From Camelus dromedarius (taxonomy: Eukaryota), in the NCBI RefSeq assembly GCF_036321535.1, contig NC_087436.1, forward strand, positions 23,066,001-23,130,000: a stretch of DNA of 64,000 nucleotides, given 5' to 3'. The position numbers were made by a program, and so were the translations under genes. Under the pieces are notes generated by a model. That model was not told the origin of the DNA and did no database searches. It saw only the letters and a program-made list of their open reading frames with translations. Shown piece after piece: positions 50,964 to 63,770 of this stretch. The first letter of the stretch is position 1, and the number at the start of each line of letters is the position of its first letter.

Positions 50964-51580
50964 TGAAACCATGCCCCATAGGGTTAACAGAAACTTGGGA
51001 CTAACAGAAGTTCTTGAGCTTGTCTTACTGCTTGTTAAAAACCCCTCTGCCTGTAGTCGGCCTTCACTAAGCAAGCCTGCCTTAATTATTCTGTTGCAAA
51101 TTGCATACCCTCCAAACTTAATCATGTAGCCTAAACAATAAGATATTTGCCCAAGTTGTTTTCCAGGAACTTGGAGCCAGCTGTGTTTAGTTTGAGCTCC
51201 AGCAGGTTAAGCCTGGCTGGGACCACTGACCCTAAAACTGGGCCTCTGCAGGTGTCCAATGAATGACATTTTGAGGTCAGAGGGCCAACAACTCCACCCT
51301 CAGGTCATGCTAAGTGCCTCCATTTATGACCATACATCCCATGAAGAAGCATGTGCCAGATACGCCTGTTTTCCCCACCTTTCCGCATGCCTAAGACCAC
51401 CCTGCTTCTTTATTCCATAAATATCTCAAGCCCCTCACCTTCAGAGAGGCGGATCTGAGACTTGTTTTTCCATCTCCTCGCTTGGCTGCCTTGTGAATAA
51501 ACCTTTTCTTTGCTGCAACCCTTGGCATCTTTGCATTTTGGCTTGCTGCACGTTGGGCAAACAAATCTGGTTCAAACTTG
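50964..51580 (+). mobile_element. ERV1-class solo LTR (MER39/MER41-like)
   Basis: Starts TGAAACC and contains a TATA-like cataaata and AATAAA (gtgaataaacc). Ends gggcaaacaaatctggttca. Confidence 0.7.
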
Positions 51581-52662
51581 ACATCCTTCCAAGAGAAAAC
51601 CAGATGAATTGAAAAAATTAGTTACAACCTAGGCCAGAGAGGAAGAAGCAGAAGTGAGACTCTGAGGGTAGACAGAGAAGAGAGACAGGGAAACACAGTG
51701 GGCAACTCTTTACTTCCTTCTGAAGTGAACTCTGGGTAGGCTGAGGCTGCCGCGGAAGAGACGCAGAGATCTGGGTTTTTTCCTCATTCTCTGGATGTGT
51801 TTGTGTGTGAATTTAGTTCAATAATGAGGTAAAGTTTTTGTAGCAGACTCCCCACTGATTAAAATGGTAAGAGCTTAGCTAAAGAATTTTGCTTAATTCA
51901 AAACCATTAAGCATTAAGAGCGCAGTCAGAGAAATGAGAACAAAGTTCAAACAGAAAGGTGAGGTCAACCAGAGTGCCTTCACTTCCCATAATCACTTCC
52001 TATTATCTGCAAGTCCTGGAAAAATCATAGCCTTAAACTTTCTGAACTGCTCAGGGTATGCAATTGTGACCTCCCAGCATCTCCTCATTCTCTGGGGGAT
52101 AAAAGGTAAGGGCTGCTGATTCTGTTCCAATTAGACACAACTCACTCCACGTTACCAGAAACCCCAGGCTCTCATTACCCTGCCTGCTCAACCTGCAAAG
52201 ACTCTAGGAGACAGAGTGAAAACCAGGCTGCTGTGGGATCGACCACATGGAAGAAAGAGTAAGCAGGAGAAAATTATGGCCACACATCCATCATTGAGCA
52301 ATTTTCCACTTACTAATCACACCTCATTTCTTAGCCCTGTGAACAGACTAAATCTAATTCCTTTCTGGGGACCCATAGTCACAGCTAAGAGCATCACTGG
52401 TTTTCTCTGCATCTCTATTTCTTCATGAATATTTTCCAAAACTACGAAGTGGGACCTAAAAAGGAAGCCTGGACCTGGAGGGACTATGTTCGTTCGCTCG
52501 TTCAACAAACATTCATTGAGCGCCAGCATTTTGCCAGGCACTGTTCTAGGCTTTGGGGACACAGCAGAGAAGAAAATAAAGATTCCTCACCCTTCTGGAA
52601 CTTAGATTTGAGCAGAGGAGACACAGACGGCACAGAATAAAGAGAATAAGTAAATTATAAGT

Positions 52663-52870
52663 ACAAACTGCCGTCCGCATCTGCAAGCTCCACATCTGCA
52701 GATTCAACCAACCATGGATCAAAAATATCCCACCCACCCCAAAAACTACAGAAAGTTCCAAAAAGCAAAACTTGAATTTGCTATTCAACTATTCACATAG
52801 CACTTACATTGTATTTATAACTATTACAGAGCATTTATATTGTATTACATTAGATATTAATCTAGAGATT
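52663..52870 (-). mobile_element. MER2-family Tigger fossil (truncated)
   Basis: cacatctgcagattcaaccaaccatggatcaaaaatat...gcatttatattgtatta...aatctagagat matches the reverse complement of recalled MER2. Confidence 0.7.
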
Positions 52871-55774
52871 TTTTTTTTTAGAATTGATAACGTGAGCAGA
52901 GTAGCTACTACTGTGCCTGGCACATAGTAAGTACTCAATAAATGGCATCCGTGAGTTACCTTTGTTCCTGTTTATCTTATAATTTAATCCTAGGGTCCTC
53001 ATTTTCTCCATTTGTGGACTCTGGATATAGGTCCTTGCTGCTAACAGGATTCCTATGGAGACTGAAAAGATTTTGCAACTTGCAAGTGCTTTAAACATAT
53101 ATTTCAGGTACAAATATACAGATGTTACTAACCTAAGGCAAGTGATTAAAAGGTCCTGGGACCTCGGTTTCCGACATCTAAATGTGGCTCTCCATAGCAC
53201 CAGCTTCCTGTGAAGGGACCAGCCCCTCTTAAGCAAGTGGGCAGCAGCTTCAGGGTGAAGACAAACCCAGGTCCCACCATGAGGCCAAGCCATGGGGGAG
53301 CACCCTGCACGGTCAGGCCTCCCACTCACTGTGAGGCATGCTCTGCACAAACAGAACTAAATTAGGGGAACTGAGCCAACCACAGTCAGAAAAACAAAAA
53401 GTGCTCTAACCAGTAAGCAAGTGTGCGTTTTTCAGATATTGTCCCTGCTTATGTATGTTAGAAACTGAAACAGCACAAGTGATACTGAAATGATACAAGC
53501 AGGAAGATGGCCCCTGACTTGCTCAGCGGTGTCTTGAACTCCTCTTAGTCACCACCCAGCTGGTAGGAAATTCTCCTGCTCTGCCCTGTGCCTTGTTCTT
53601 AAGGAGTCCTCCTGGCCCTTAAGGAGTTCTCCTGTACTCACTGAACTGGCAGTGAGCCATTGCTCCAAAAATAGCAGGGGAGACAGTTTGCTGAAGCCCA
53701 CAAGTCATCAGTGACCAGGCGCCACGGTTTTAAACTTTTTTACCCACATCAGTTGTATGAGTTTTTCACATAAAGACAACATGAATGTCAGTGGATGTTT
53801 TTAAGCCAATATATTCCAGGAGGAATGTGCAAAGTCTGTCATTCAACGAGAGAAAAGGTAGTTGTTTAGTGCCTAAATTGGGCAAATGAAATCATGGGTC
53901 TGCCTCTCATTTTCTCAAAGGAGAGCCATCAAGTTGAAGTGAACACCAGAAATGCTGTTGAAGGGGAAAAGAAATCAGAACAGGCAGAATTTGGGGTGAA
54001 CTTTGCCTTGTGGTGTTTTAAGAGTGGTGGCTAGTAGGTTTAACAGCTTCAGGCATGCTGTTGTTTTAGCAACAGAGAAGCTGGGCTTCCTTGCACCATG
54101 CCCAGCCTCAGATGAGGAAGAGAGACAGCGAAGAAGACAGCTAGTTCACGGAAAAAGAGAGACCGCCCCTGCAATGTACTCTACGTGGGATATCAGTGCA
54201 GTAAGAAAGAGCCATACCGCACGCAGCCAACACCGTATCAGCAAACTTCTCTCTGGGAAACATACCAAAATTACAGCCTAAGCTTTCTCAGAATGTTTTT
54301 CTTCTTGCGGGCTGCATTTTGGTCTATTTTCTCAATTTTATCAATGAAAGGGAAGTCTGTCACTTTTTCTAGCTCAACAACGTGGTTGATAAAGTCTAGA
54401 TAAAATTACATTTTATAAATCATTCATGAATAACACTTACTGGTACCATCATACTCCTCTGCATAGGAGAGAGAATACAGGCGTAATGCCAGGCAGGAGA
54501 CCTGGGTTTGGGCAGCATCGGTCTCATTAGCAGCTTGTCCTTGAAGATGGTACTCAAGTCTTAGGTCTCTCATCCACAGAAAGTGGCCCATACCTTCTTG
54601 TGGGAAGGGACTACATTAAGGAGTTAGGTCGATGTGCTTTGTGAACTTAAGAGCATCACAAAAATGTACAATTATTAGTGATAGCAAGAACAGATGCTTA
54701 GAAATTATGGACAATGATCCCTAAGAAGCCCAAATGGTAGGAGATACACAGAAAAACCACACGTAGCTGATTCAAGGTGTGAGAACATCCTCCCTAAAAG
54801 GACTACATATATATAGGGGAATCCTGAAAATATGAAGTTCATCGTTTAATAAATTTATCTTTGGAAGAACATCCAGGAGATAAACAAGATGCATCTTTTC
54901 AGTCGTTTCTTGGGAGAACAAATTTACAGAGACGCGTGGAAGTTTTGTTGCTATCTAACAAGACTGTGTCAAATGAAATCTCCAAACCAAATTAAATTTT
55001 AAAAAGAATGGTGAACGGTCTCTTTCGTGATGTCATAGCTTGAGATCTGGCATAAGTCGATGGGTACTTGGGACACTTTATTTTGGTGATTTTATCTAAT
55101 GTGTTTACTGGTTCACTCCCATTCACTTGGGCAGGGCTTCTCACGCCCCTCCCTCAAGCCTTCCTGGGGTAGGGGGAGAACCCCTCAAACAAACACTTTA
55201 TGCCACTACTGGACGTTTGTTCTTCCTTTTCTTCTGCTCTGGCTCTCTTCCACAATCTGCAGACAGTCAAATAGGGAAGATTCTCCTCTGCCACAGAATT
55301 CACACTAAGTCTGCCAAGATCTGCTTTAAAACAGCACTATTGAAGTGGGGAACGTGACTTCCTCTGCCACCCTCTGTCACCCTGAGCCCAGAGACTTACC
55401 CTGGGTTCCCAACGCCCTACGGCGAGTTGTGTGTGAAAACTACCCTTCGAATTTCTGCCCTTCATCCCTCCCACCTGAAACTCAGGCACAAGTCCGTGGG
55501 ACTAGCAGGTGAAAGAAACTCTCAGACTAGAGCCAGTCCTGTCCTCCAGATCCTCAGCCCCCTGCTTCTGTCCTGGCTGCTTTCTCACACCTTCCGACCT
55601 GCTACCCCAGGGTCTTGTTTCCACCACTGCTCCACAATCAGCTCGCTCTGATGGAGTTCGGTGTCTTACCATGAGGTTTTCATTAAGTAATAGTTGTCAA
55701 TATTTAGTCAATATTTAGCTGATGAAATAACCCTGGCAGTAGAATAATGCCCTGAATGAGGTAAGTAAATTCTT

Positions 55775-55940
55775 TTAATTTTTTAAAATTGAAGTATCGT
55801 TGATTTATAATGTTAGTTTTAGGTGTACAGCAAGGTAATTCAGTCAGACATGTACATACATATACATATATTTTCAGATTCTTTCCTATTATAGTTTATT
55901 ACAGGATATTGAATACAGTTCCCTGCACTATACAGAACAA
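55775..55940 (-). mobile_element. LINE-1 extreme 3' end
   Basis: ttgaagtatcgttgatttataatgttagttttaggtgtacagc...ttccctgcactatacag. Confidence 0.8.
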
Positions 55941-58189
55941 ATTCTTTCATGACAACAATTTTGAGCATACATCTCAATATGATCAAACGATAATGTAAGC
56001 ATTAGGGACCTGAGCGCATGTGGGGAAACACCGCATTAGCCTTATGGCCGGTTCCGTCACATCCAGATGTCTAAATGATGCTGCATTCATCATTCACTGG
56101 ATATTTGCCGAGTACTCCGTCATCACGGCCCATGCTACCCGTCACCAGCAGGGAAGCTCTGTGGGATCCATTGCTGCCCAGGGAAATGCTGACTTTGCCA
56201 CCTTCCAGAAGAACTAGCTACTGTCAAGAAGACAGGAGGCATACCCAGGGGGCGAATTAGCATAAAGGACTTGCCTGGCTCCTACTTTCTCAATGAACAC
56301 TTTGCTGCCCCTTGTAGCCATCAGCGTGCTCAGCAGCAGTTCTGCCTGCGTCCAGTGTTGATTTGGGTAACAGATCTTCTCTGTGGTAGGACAAGGGTTT
56401 TATTTGATTTTGTGTTGTGTTGTTTTCCATTTAGCATCAACCTTCAGGGAGCCTAACACAGAATCTCTCCCAGAGGAGTGTTATTGTTGTTAGCTCAAAT
56501 GACGCTCTCTGTTTTCCTGTTTTAGTTGGTGAAACTGAGGTTCTATGAGATAAAAGAGTTGGCCCAAAAGTTAAACAGTTCAAAATGGTAAAGAAAAGAT
56601 TTGCAGACTCCCCCTTATATGTAGTGTCTTCTACATCTCTCCCTTCCAGGAACATCCAACACCGTGTGCCACGTTATTCTTCAGTGCAGATCCGTCTCTT
56701 CAAACAAATGTTCTGCTGATGATACCAGACAATGGTGACCACTCCTGTTCCTTACAGGTTTTCTATATATTCCAGGTAGAAGAACCAGCATGAACAAAGA
56801 TCCAGAGATAGCACTATATAAAGCACTTTGAAGAAATGCCAGATCGGCAAACAGTCAGACTGTGGGTTTCCTACTATGCAACATAGGAGATAAGGGTGCA
56901 AAGGACTAGCCAGAGTGCAATGACGACTGAATCTCTGGCCAAAAAATTTACACAGTCCCCTAATGGTCATGGAAAGCCACAAAACTTTTTAAAAGGAAGG
57001 AACAAGCTCAGATGTGTATTGTAGAAAGCATTGGCTAAAGACTAGAACCAATAACATAATATTGCCAGAGATGGTTTTTAAAAATAGAGAAGAAATGGTA
57101 GAAAAGATAGAGAAAAGAAAAAAAAGAAAAGAAGACATTTGTTGAAAACATAAATTTAAAGAAGATATCAGCACTGTGAAAGGGACACAAGGGGATACTT
57201 GTTAAATCTTATTTCTGAACTATTTTTATATAATTTTATATAAAATACCAGTTTTTAAATTCTTACCTGTTCTCAACCAAGGAATTGATAAGTTTTCACA
57301 ACTCATTCCTTTCCGAAGTGTATCACACGGCTTAGCTTTTCTTTGCTAATCAGATCGGTTTATTCTCTTAGGAACACCTCTAAGTGTTTATAATGGAAGT
57401 AAACTAGAAAAAATATTATTTACTTTACAGACAACACAGTTAAAAGATATTCAAATTTTCATTTTCAAAAATTGAGGGATACCCGATATTGAACTACACA
57501 TATGTTAGTTACTTGATGCATACAACCAGGTCCAAGTATTTATGAAAACAACTAGCAAAGCTGCATCAGGCTTGCGTCGGTCGATGTAATGAGAGGACCT
57601 GAAGTGACGGCAGACAGCCCTGCCCCCGATGACCCAAGGGTATAATTACAGTGGTCAGACATTGGAAGGCATGCCAGGTGTGTTTTAAACTGCACAGGAA
57701 TAATAACAAGGCTACTATTGCTCTGATTCTCAGCACCCCCAATCCATTCTCTCCTTCTCCCATCAAAATGGAATAATCCTGGCTCGGCACAAGCTGCCAG
57801 GCTGGAGGCTGCATCTCTCAGCTTCCCTGGAAGGTAGGTATGGCCACGTGATCAAGTTCTTGCCAAAGGTGAGAAGAGTCATGTGTGCCCCTTGCTTAAA
57901 GTCAGTTTTTCTAGATTTTTCTCTCTCCCCTACTCACTGGTTGGAACATGGACCACACAGCAATCCTGCATGAACAGTGCAGATAAGGACAGCACCTTAG
58001 GACGACAGAGAGCAAAGGGGAAGGGATGGAGGGTGCTGCTGACCGCGTGACGCAGGGCTGCCTGCTCAGAATAGCCTACTCCCCTTGGACAAAGCGGGGA
58101 GACAAAGGCCTCTCTCTTTAAACGCTGTGTTTTTGGGCATCTATGTTAGCTTCTAATCTGATAGTCCTACTAATTACCGAGTGACTAAT

Positions 58190-58385
58190 AGGCTTTCTAT
58201 ACATTATTAGCTCAATAGAACTTTACACAATTCTGTGAGGTAGTTATTTCATATCCTCACTTTACAGACCAAAAACTGAAACACAAACAAATTCAATGAC
58301 TTGTCCCTGATCAACAAGCTAGCAAAGTGCCAAAGCCAGGAATCCATGTCTGTGCTCCAAAGCCCACAGTTTTAACCCAATGTTC
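58190..58385 (-). mobile_element. MIR SINE (degraded)
   Basis: ctgtgaggtagttatt...cactttacagaccaaaaactgaaacaca...tgacttgtccctgatc. Confidence 0.55.
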
Positions 58386-58596
58386 TTGTTATTAATTCTT
58401 ATTTTAATAAGAACACTTCTAAGTGGTACACTTAAAACATTTTAAAATTATTTAATAAAGCTTATTATTTAATAAATAACAATAATCACTAAGTATTATT
58501 ATTAAAGTCACTGTTGTTTATTGTATGATTAATATTTATCAGGCTGTATGTGAATTGTTTTATGTATATTAGCTCATTTCATCTGTTTTTGCATTA

Positions 58597-58922
58597 GTTT
58601 TTTTTTATTGACACATAGTCGGTTTACAATGTTGTGTTAATTCTGGTGTATAGCACGGTCATTCGGTTATACATATATATATTCCTTTTCAGATTCTTCT
58701 TCATTATAGGTTATTACAAGATACTGAATATAGTTCCCCATGCTATACAGCAGAACCCTGCTGTTTATCCATTCTATATATAGTACTCTCTGCAAGTCTC
58801 CAACTCCCAGTTTATCCCTCTACCCTCCCCTTTCCTCCCTGATAACCATTTATATTTGACCCCGCTGATAACAAACTGTTTATACCAGACCCCCCATAAC
58901 AAAATGGTAAGTTTGTTCTCTA
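58597..58922 (-). mobile_element. LINE-1 3' end
   Basis: ttttttattgacacatagtcggtttacaatgttgtgttaa...tttatccctc. Confidence 0.75.
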
Positions 58923-59022
58923 AGCTCATTTCATCTTTACAAAAACACTATCAGATAGTCATGATTGTTATCCCCATTTGTGAGTGAAAAAAGTGAGCAG
59001 TTGGGCAGCTCACCCAAGGGCA

Positions 59023-59420
59023 CTATCATGGGTTGGACTGTGAGCTTCACCCTGCCAAAACTCATGTGCTGAAGTACAAGCCCCAGCATCTCAGAATGTG
59101 GCTTGATTTGGGAGATAAGAGATTTGGGAGATAGGAGATTGCAGAGATGATTATGTTAAGATGGGGTCATTAGGGAGGGTCTTAATCCAATGTGACTAAT
59201 GTCCTTATAAGAAGAGGAAATTTGGACACAGACAAATACAGAAGGAAGATGATGTGAAGACACAGGTGGAAGACAGCCATTGGACAAGCCAAGGAGAGAG
59301 GTCTAACCAGAAACCAACCCCATCGACACCTTGATCTTGGACTTCTAGACTACAGAATTCTGAGAAAGTATATTCCTTTTGCCTCCATCTGCAGTATTTT
59401 GCTGCTCTGGTCACACAGAT
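59023..59420 (+). mobile_element. MaLR LTR (MLT1A/B-like)
   Basis: ccccagcatctcagaatgtg...taatccaatgtgactaatgtccttataagaagaggaaatttggacacaga...caccttgatcttggacttctag. Confidence 0.8.
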
Positions 59421-60135
59421 AGCACGTAAATCCTGCCTGGTGAAGCGAGGCTCGTGCCGCTCAGCGTAAGCACCATGACAGTTTCACACAGAGGAAATAA
59501 TGCAGGCTAGAAGCTTCAGCACAAACCTCACAGTGGAGGTGGCACTGAGCATCGCCTGGAAGAAACGCAGAAGTGTCCTCAGGACGCGGAAGATAAAAAG
59601 GGGATCTGCCAGGGGCGGTGGGGGGGGGGGGGGTAGAGGGGAGGCCAGGACTACCTCTCAGTGGCAGAGGCAAGATAGCTGGGACCCTACAGTGTGCGAG
59701 GCTCTTCCTGCCCAAGCCTGCTTCTCTGGCTGGAAGCCCAGAGGGAAGGGGTACTGCAGGGGCAGCAGCAGGCTGCGGAGGAGCCCACCAGCCGGGTCTG
59801 GGGGCACAGTGGGGGCTGGAAACAGCCTCCAGCCAGGCTGTAGCTCAGAGGCTCCTTCAACCGCTGCCTCTGGCCTCCCAAAGAGAGATGCCTTATGTTC
59901 TCAACAGGGAGCCTTCCCATCTGTTCACCTCCCTGTGAAAATCAACAGCCTGGACCTGAATGGCATCTCTCCCTTTTGACCTTTCCCCGTTTAGAGAGCT
60001 GGTTTATTTGTTTTCGAGTCTCAAATGTTTCTAAGAAATCTGTCCGCTAAAGCCTCTTTTTGTTACTCAGTCCAGCAGGTAGTGAAGCTCCCCTGTCTGG
60101 AAGGCAATGTCTTACCTCTCCTCTCTTTCTTCCCC

Positions 60136-60594
60136 TGTGATGGTTAGTTTTATGCGTCAGCCTGGCTGGGCCATGGTGCCCAGATATGTGGTGAAACATT
60201 ATCCTGGATATTTCTATGAGGGTGGTTTGTTTTGGTTTGGTTTGGTTTGGTTTTGGATGAAATTAACATTTAAATGCACAGAGTCTGAATAAAGCAGATT
60301 ATCTTCCGTTGTGTGTGTGGGCTTCATCAGATCAGCTGAAGGCCTTAACACAACAAAGACTGACCTCCCCCAAGCAAGAAGGAATTTTGCTAGCAGACTG
60401 CCTTTGAACCTGGACTGCAGCTCTTCCCTGAGTGTCCAACCGACCTGGCAGATTTTGGCCTCACCAAGCCTCCACAATGTGTGAGCCAGTTACTCAAAAT
60501 CCATCTCTCTCTCTCTGATATAGCTATCGATGTACACATAGATATATAAAAACATACCCTGTTAGTTCTGTTTCTCTGTAAAACTCTGACTAAG
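60136..60594 (+). mobile_element. ERVL LTR (MLT2)
   Basis: tgtgatggttagttttatgcgtcagcctggctgggcc...ttagttctgtttctctgtaaaactctgactaa. Confidence 0.85.
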
Positions 60595-60832
60595 CCCCCA
60601 TCTTCCCCTGTTCCAAATGTTCCCCTTTCGGTTATGAGGTTTAGAGAAATCACCATTCATGTTGAATTTAGGGCAAAAGACATTAAAACAGAAAAAAATA
60701 TGGGATGCTTTGTAATGATAAAGGGTGAAATTCTTAACAAAGTTCCATCAATTATGACAATCTATGTGCTAAATAATGTAGCATTAATTCTCATAAAAAA
60801 TAGCAAGAAATAAAATAAGGAGGAAACAAACC

Positions 60833-60862
60833 AACACACACACACACACACACACACATACA
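60833..60862. repeat. (AC)n microsatellite
   Basis: Read directly. Confidence 0.9.
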
Positions 60863-62679
60863 GAGAAAATGGTCACCGAGAGACCTCACTGAAAGCTTGG
60901 AAAACAAGGTCTGCTGAGCCAGCCTGGGGTCCTGCCCCTGCACGGTCCCTCATAACCGGGGCACCCAGGTGTGATGAGAGAGGGAAGGCATCCTCCTAAG
61001 TCCACAAGTCATTTCCTAGAACCAGTGGCGGGCCCAGCGCCAGCCTGGACCTACCCACGGAGAACACAGTGCGAGGAACCTGTTCACTCAGGTCTTCTCA
61101 AGGACGAGCCTTAACACCTGACATGACAGGGCCTAAGACAAGCTACGTGAGTGTGAAATGCGGGAGAGACCACAAGTCCCACAAGAGTGTGGTGGGAAGA
61201 GGGGGGGAACCGGGGCAAGGGCAGCCTTAGAAGAGTTGGTGTGGAGCTGTGCCCCTAACAGTGGGTCAGGCCTGAACCCTAGAGAAGAGCCGGGAGCAGA
61301 CGTGGCTTGTCTGGGGGATGGGGGTGGGGGGGTGGTAAGAGCCTTTCAAATGCCTGACTACCAGGCAGCCAGAGGGTTAGGGAAGCCTATCTTTTATTTT
61401 TATTTGATTTCAAAATTAATATCAAAATCAATTTCAAGATTAAAATTAGTAATGAATTCCAATTTCCTATTCTGTGAATTGCCTTACCAGGTATTCCATC
61501 TGCTGCCTAAAAAGCTCCGAGAATGTTGATTCTAATACTAAAATGTGGATTTCCTAGTGTGTAAATGCGTGAAATCTGATCACAGTAGAAATTTTCCTTA
61601 AGACAGAGTGACCAAATAAAAAATACCAACCCTTCTAAGATGGCTTTTCCCTTCACAGCCAATTTAGGCTTAAAAAGGGACATTGAAACTACCATAAGGG
61701 ACACTTTCAGGGGTGTCATAATTTCTCCCACCCTTTGAAACTCCACAGGCCATATCAAGGGCTCTGGCCCTGACCCTCAGCCCACAGCTTAGGTTCCTTT
61801 ATCTAGTGACATTTCCTACAGGATTCCTCCCTCTCCTGGCTTTATACACTGCCTCCTAATATAAAATCTGCCTCAGGCTCTTTATATCTAGTCTACCAGC
61901 TCCAATTCCTGGTTCTCCCCCAGTCCAGTTTGAGGTTTTGGTCACTAGTTTTCTTGTCCCTGTAGTTCTGAAGAAGGGACAGCTACTTCCTTCCTGGCAG
62001 ATAGGAGATGGAAACATTTAACGCTCATACTTAGTTCTTCATACCTTCCCCTCAAACATAAGAATGTAGGTTCACATTCCCGTGGATTGTAGTCATTCCT
62101 CTGAGAGATCATCAGAAAACTGTGTATCTGGCTACTGGGAAGAGAGCAAAGAGGTAAAGTGGATAGCAGAGTTGGAGGTACCGAGTGTGGCTTTGGGAGT
62201 CAGGGGCATCAGCCAAGGGCAGGCAGGTCCCTCCCCTGAAACCCTGAGGTTTATCCTAACCTAACACACCGGTGACTTCTACCCAACCTCTTCCAGGGAT
62301 CCTGGACCAGTAGCATCAGGAGACACCGAAGGAAGGAGCGAGAAAAAGAAAGAGACGGAGGTACAGGCAAGGGATGTTGAATATGTTTGGCACTGAGAGA
62401 TTATCAGGGAGAATCAGAAGAGGAGGTTTTGTTTTCACGTTTCTCTAATTAATTTCCCAGAAATAAGCCATACCTGATCTGCTAAGACAGAAAATGACTG
62501 AAGGAGAGCACAATGTAGAACACCGAGCCCAGCCCTCGGTCCAGAGAAAACGATCAACAAATGCTGATTGCTCTTCGCTGTTAACCTGCAAAGGAAAAGC
62601 TCTGAAACTTCTAAGAGATGCTGATGGCCGGGCTGCAATGCTATGCCCTCCCCTGATGAAGTGTCCATGACCTTGGGAG

Positions 62680-63215
62680 TAACCTTGTATAAAGCCCTCC
62701 CGTGTTTTCCCAGTGCCTTGGGGTAAAGTCCGTACCCTTACAGCGCTCTCAGAGCCGGCCCACGCCTACTCCCCCAGCCTCCTGGTGGCCTCTCTCCCTC
62801 TTGGGCTGCAGGCTCAAGAACTTGAAGAAGTTGTTTTAGGCCCTCCAATGCTCCTCGATTCTTATTTCTGCACCTTCAACTGACTGTTCCCTCCTCTAGG
62901 ACACTCAAACCTCTCCACCACTCCCTCCCTCTTTCATCTGACTTCACCACCACTCAGCTTCTAGCGTTTGACTTTAAACAATTGTTCACAAGTCCCTCTT
63001 AACCTTTCTTTAGAATCAGCCCCTTTACCATATGCTCAGACAGCATCCCTATTTTCCTTATCATTGTATCATCTTAATGCTTCCTTCATTGTCTGTCTCC
63101 CTCATTAGATGCAAATGCCTTGAAGGCAGGCATCACATGCAAGTTTACCACCACTAGGTCCCCATGCTGAGATTGACACACGGCTAGTGTTGGATACATA
63201 TTTACTGAAATAAAA
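62680..63215. mobile_element. L2 LINE 3' fragment
   Basis: gactgttccctcctctaggacact...ttgtctgtctccctcattagatgcaaatgccttgaaggcagg...catattttactgaa. Confidence 0.55.
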
Positions 63216-63770
63216 CACTGTGATCAGCAGAAAGGTAACATGGTGGGCCACTCTTTGTTCACGGAGCTATCAATTCCCATGAGTTTAGCTTCATTGCTAG
63301 CCACATTGTTTACTGTTGATTATCTAATTAACTTATGTCTTTTTAATTAAACAGTTGCATCAACATTTTTTTTGGCTTATAACTTTCCAGTAATTATACT
63401 TTAAGGTAGATATACACGGCATTTCAAATTGAAATGATTCTACGCCTTTTGTAAATACAAATGGATAGAGAATACTTCCAACTCCCTTTCCCCTCTCAAT
63501 TGCTTTAATAATATTTCAGTGCTATTGCTGAAATAACTGAATTCTTTTACCAGTAGGAGTTGAAGAGGGTGATGCAGGTGGGCCAAACGGTCTCTTGCAC
63601 TTTCTAAATAGACCTAAGTCAAAAAATCTTCAAAGTGACACACACACACTCTCACATACACACTGATAATATCCAGCACATAGAATGCACCATGTAAGTA
63701 TTATTTTTATTATTGATATTATTTAGCACAAACTTTTTTAATTTGAAAAAAAAAACCAATAACACCTCTC

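Larger units (their letters stand above)
54266..62585 (-). other. Candidate spliced minus-strand unit (exon-like 62585-62474, 57403-57267, 54395-54266): decayed gene or lncRNA/sORF
   Basis: Each segment has an AG acceptor and a GT donor (CAG|gtatgg, CAG|gtaaga, TTG|gtatgt). The last two join in phase. No homologue recognised and no transcript evidence. Confidence 0.3.

Noticed and set aside
54770..54954. ~60-codon open minus frame after ttgttAG (IATKLPRVSVNLFSQ...)
   Set aside because: No donor, weak acceptor and no recognisable homology. Compatible with chance.
59500..59979. 159-aa Gly-rich ORF over a GC-rich patch with a G-run
   Set aside because: The Gly run comes from a poly-G tract, CpG density is too low for a CpG-island promoter, and there are no coding features.
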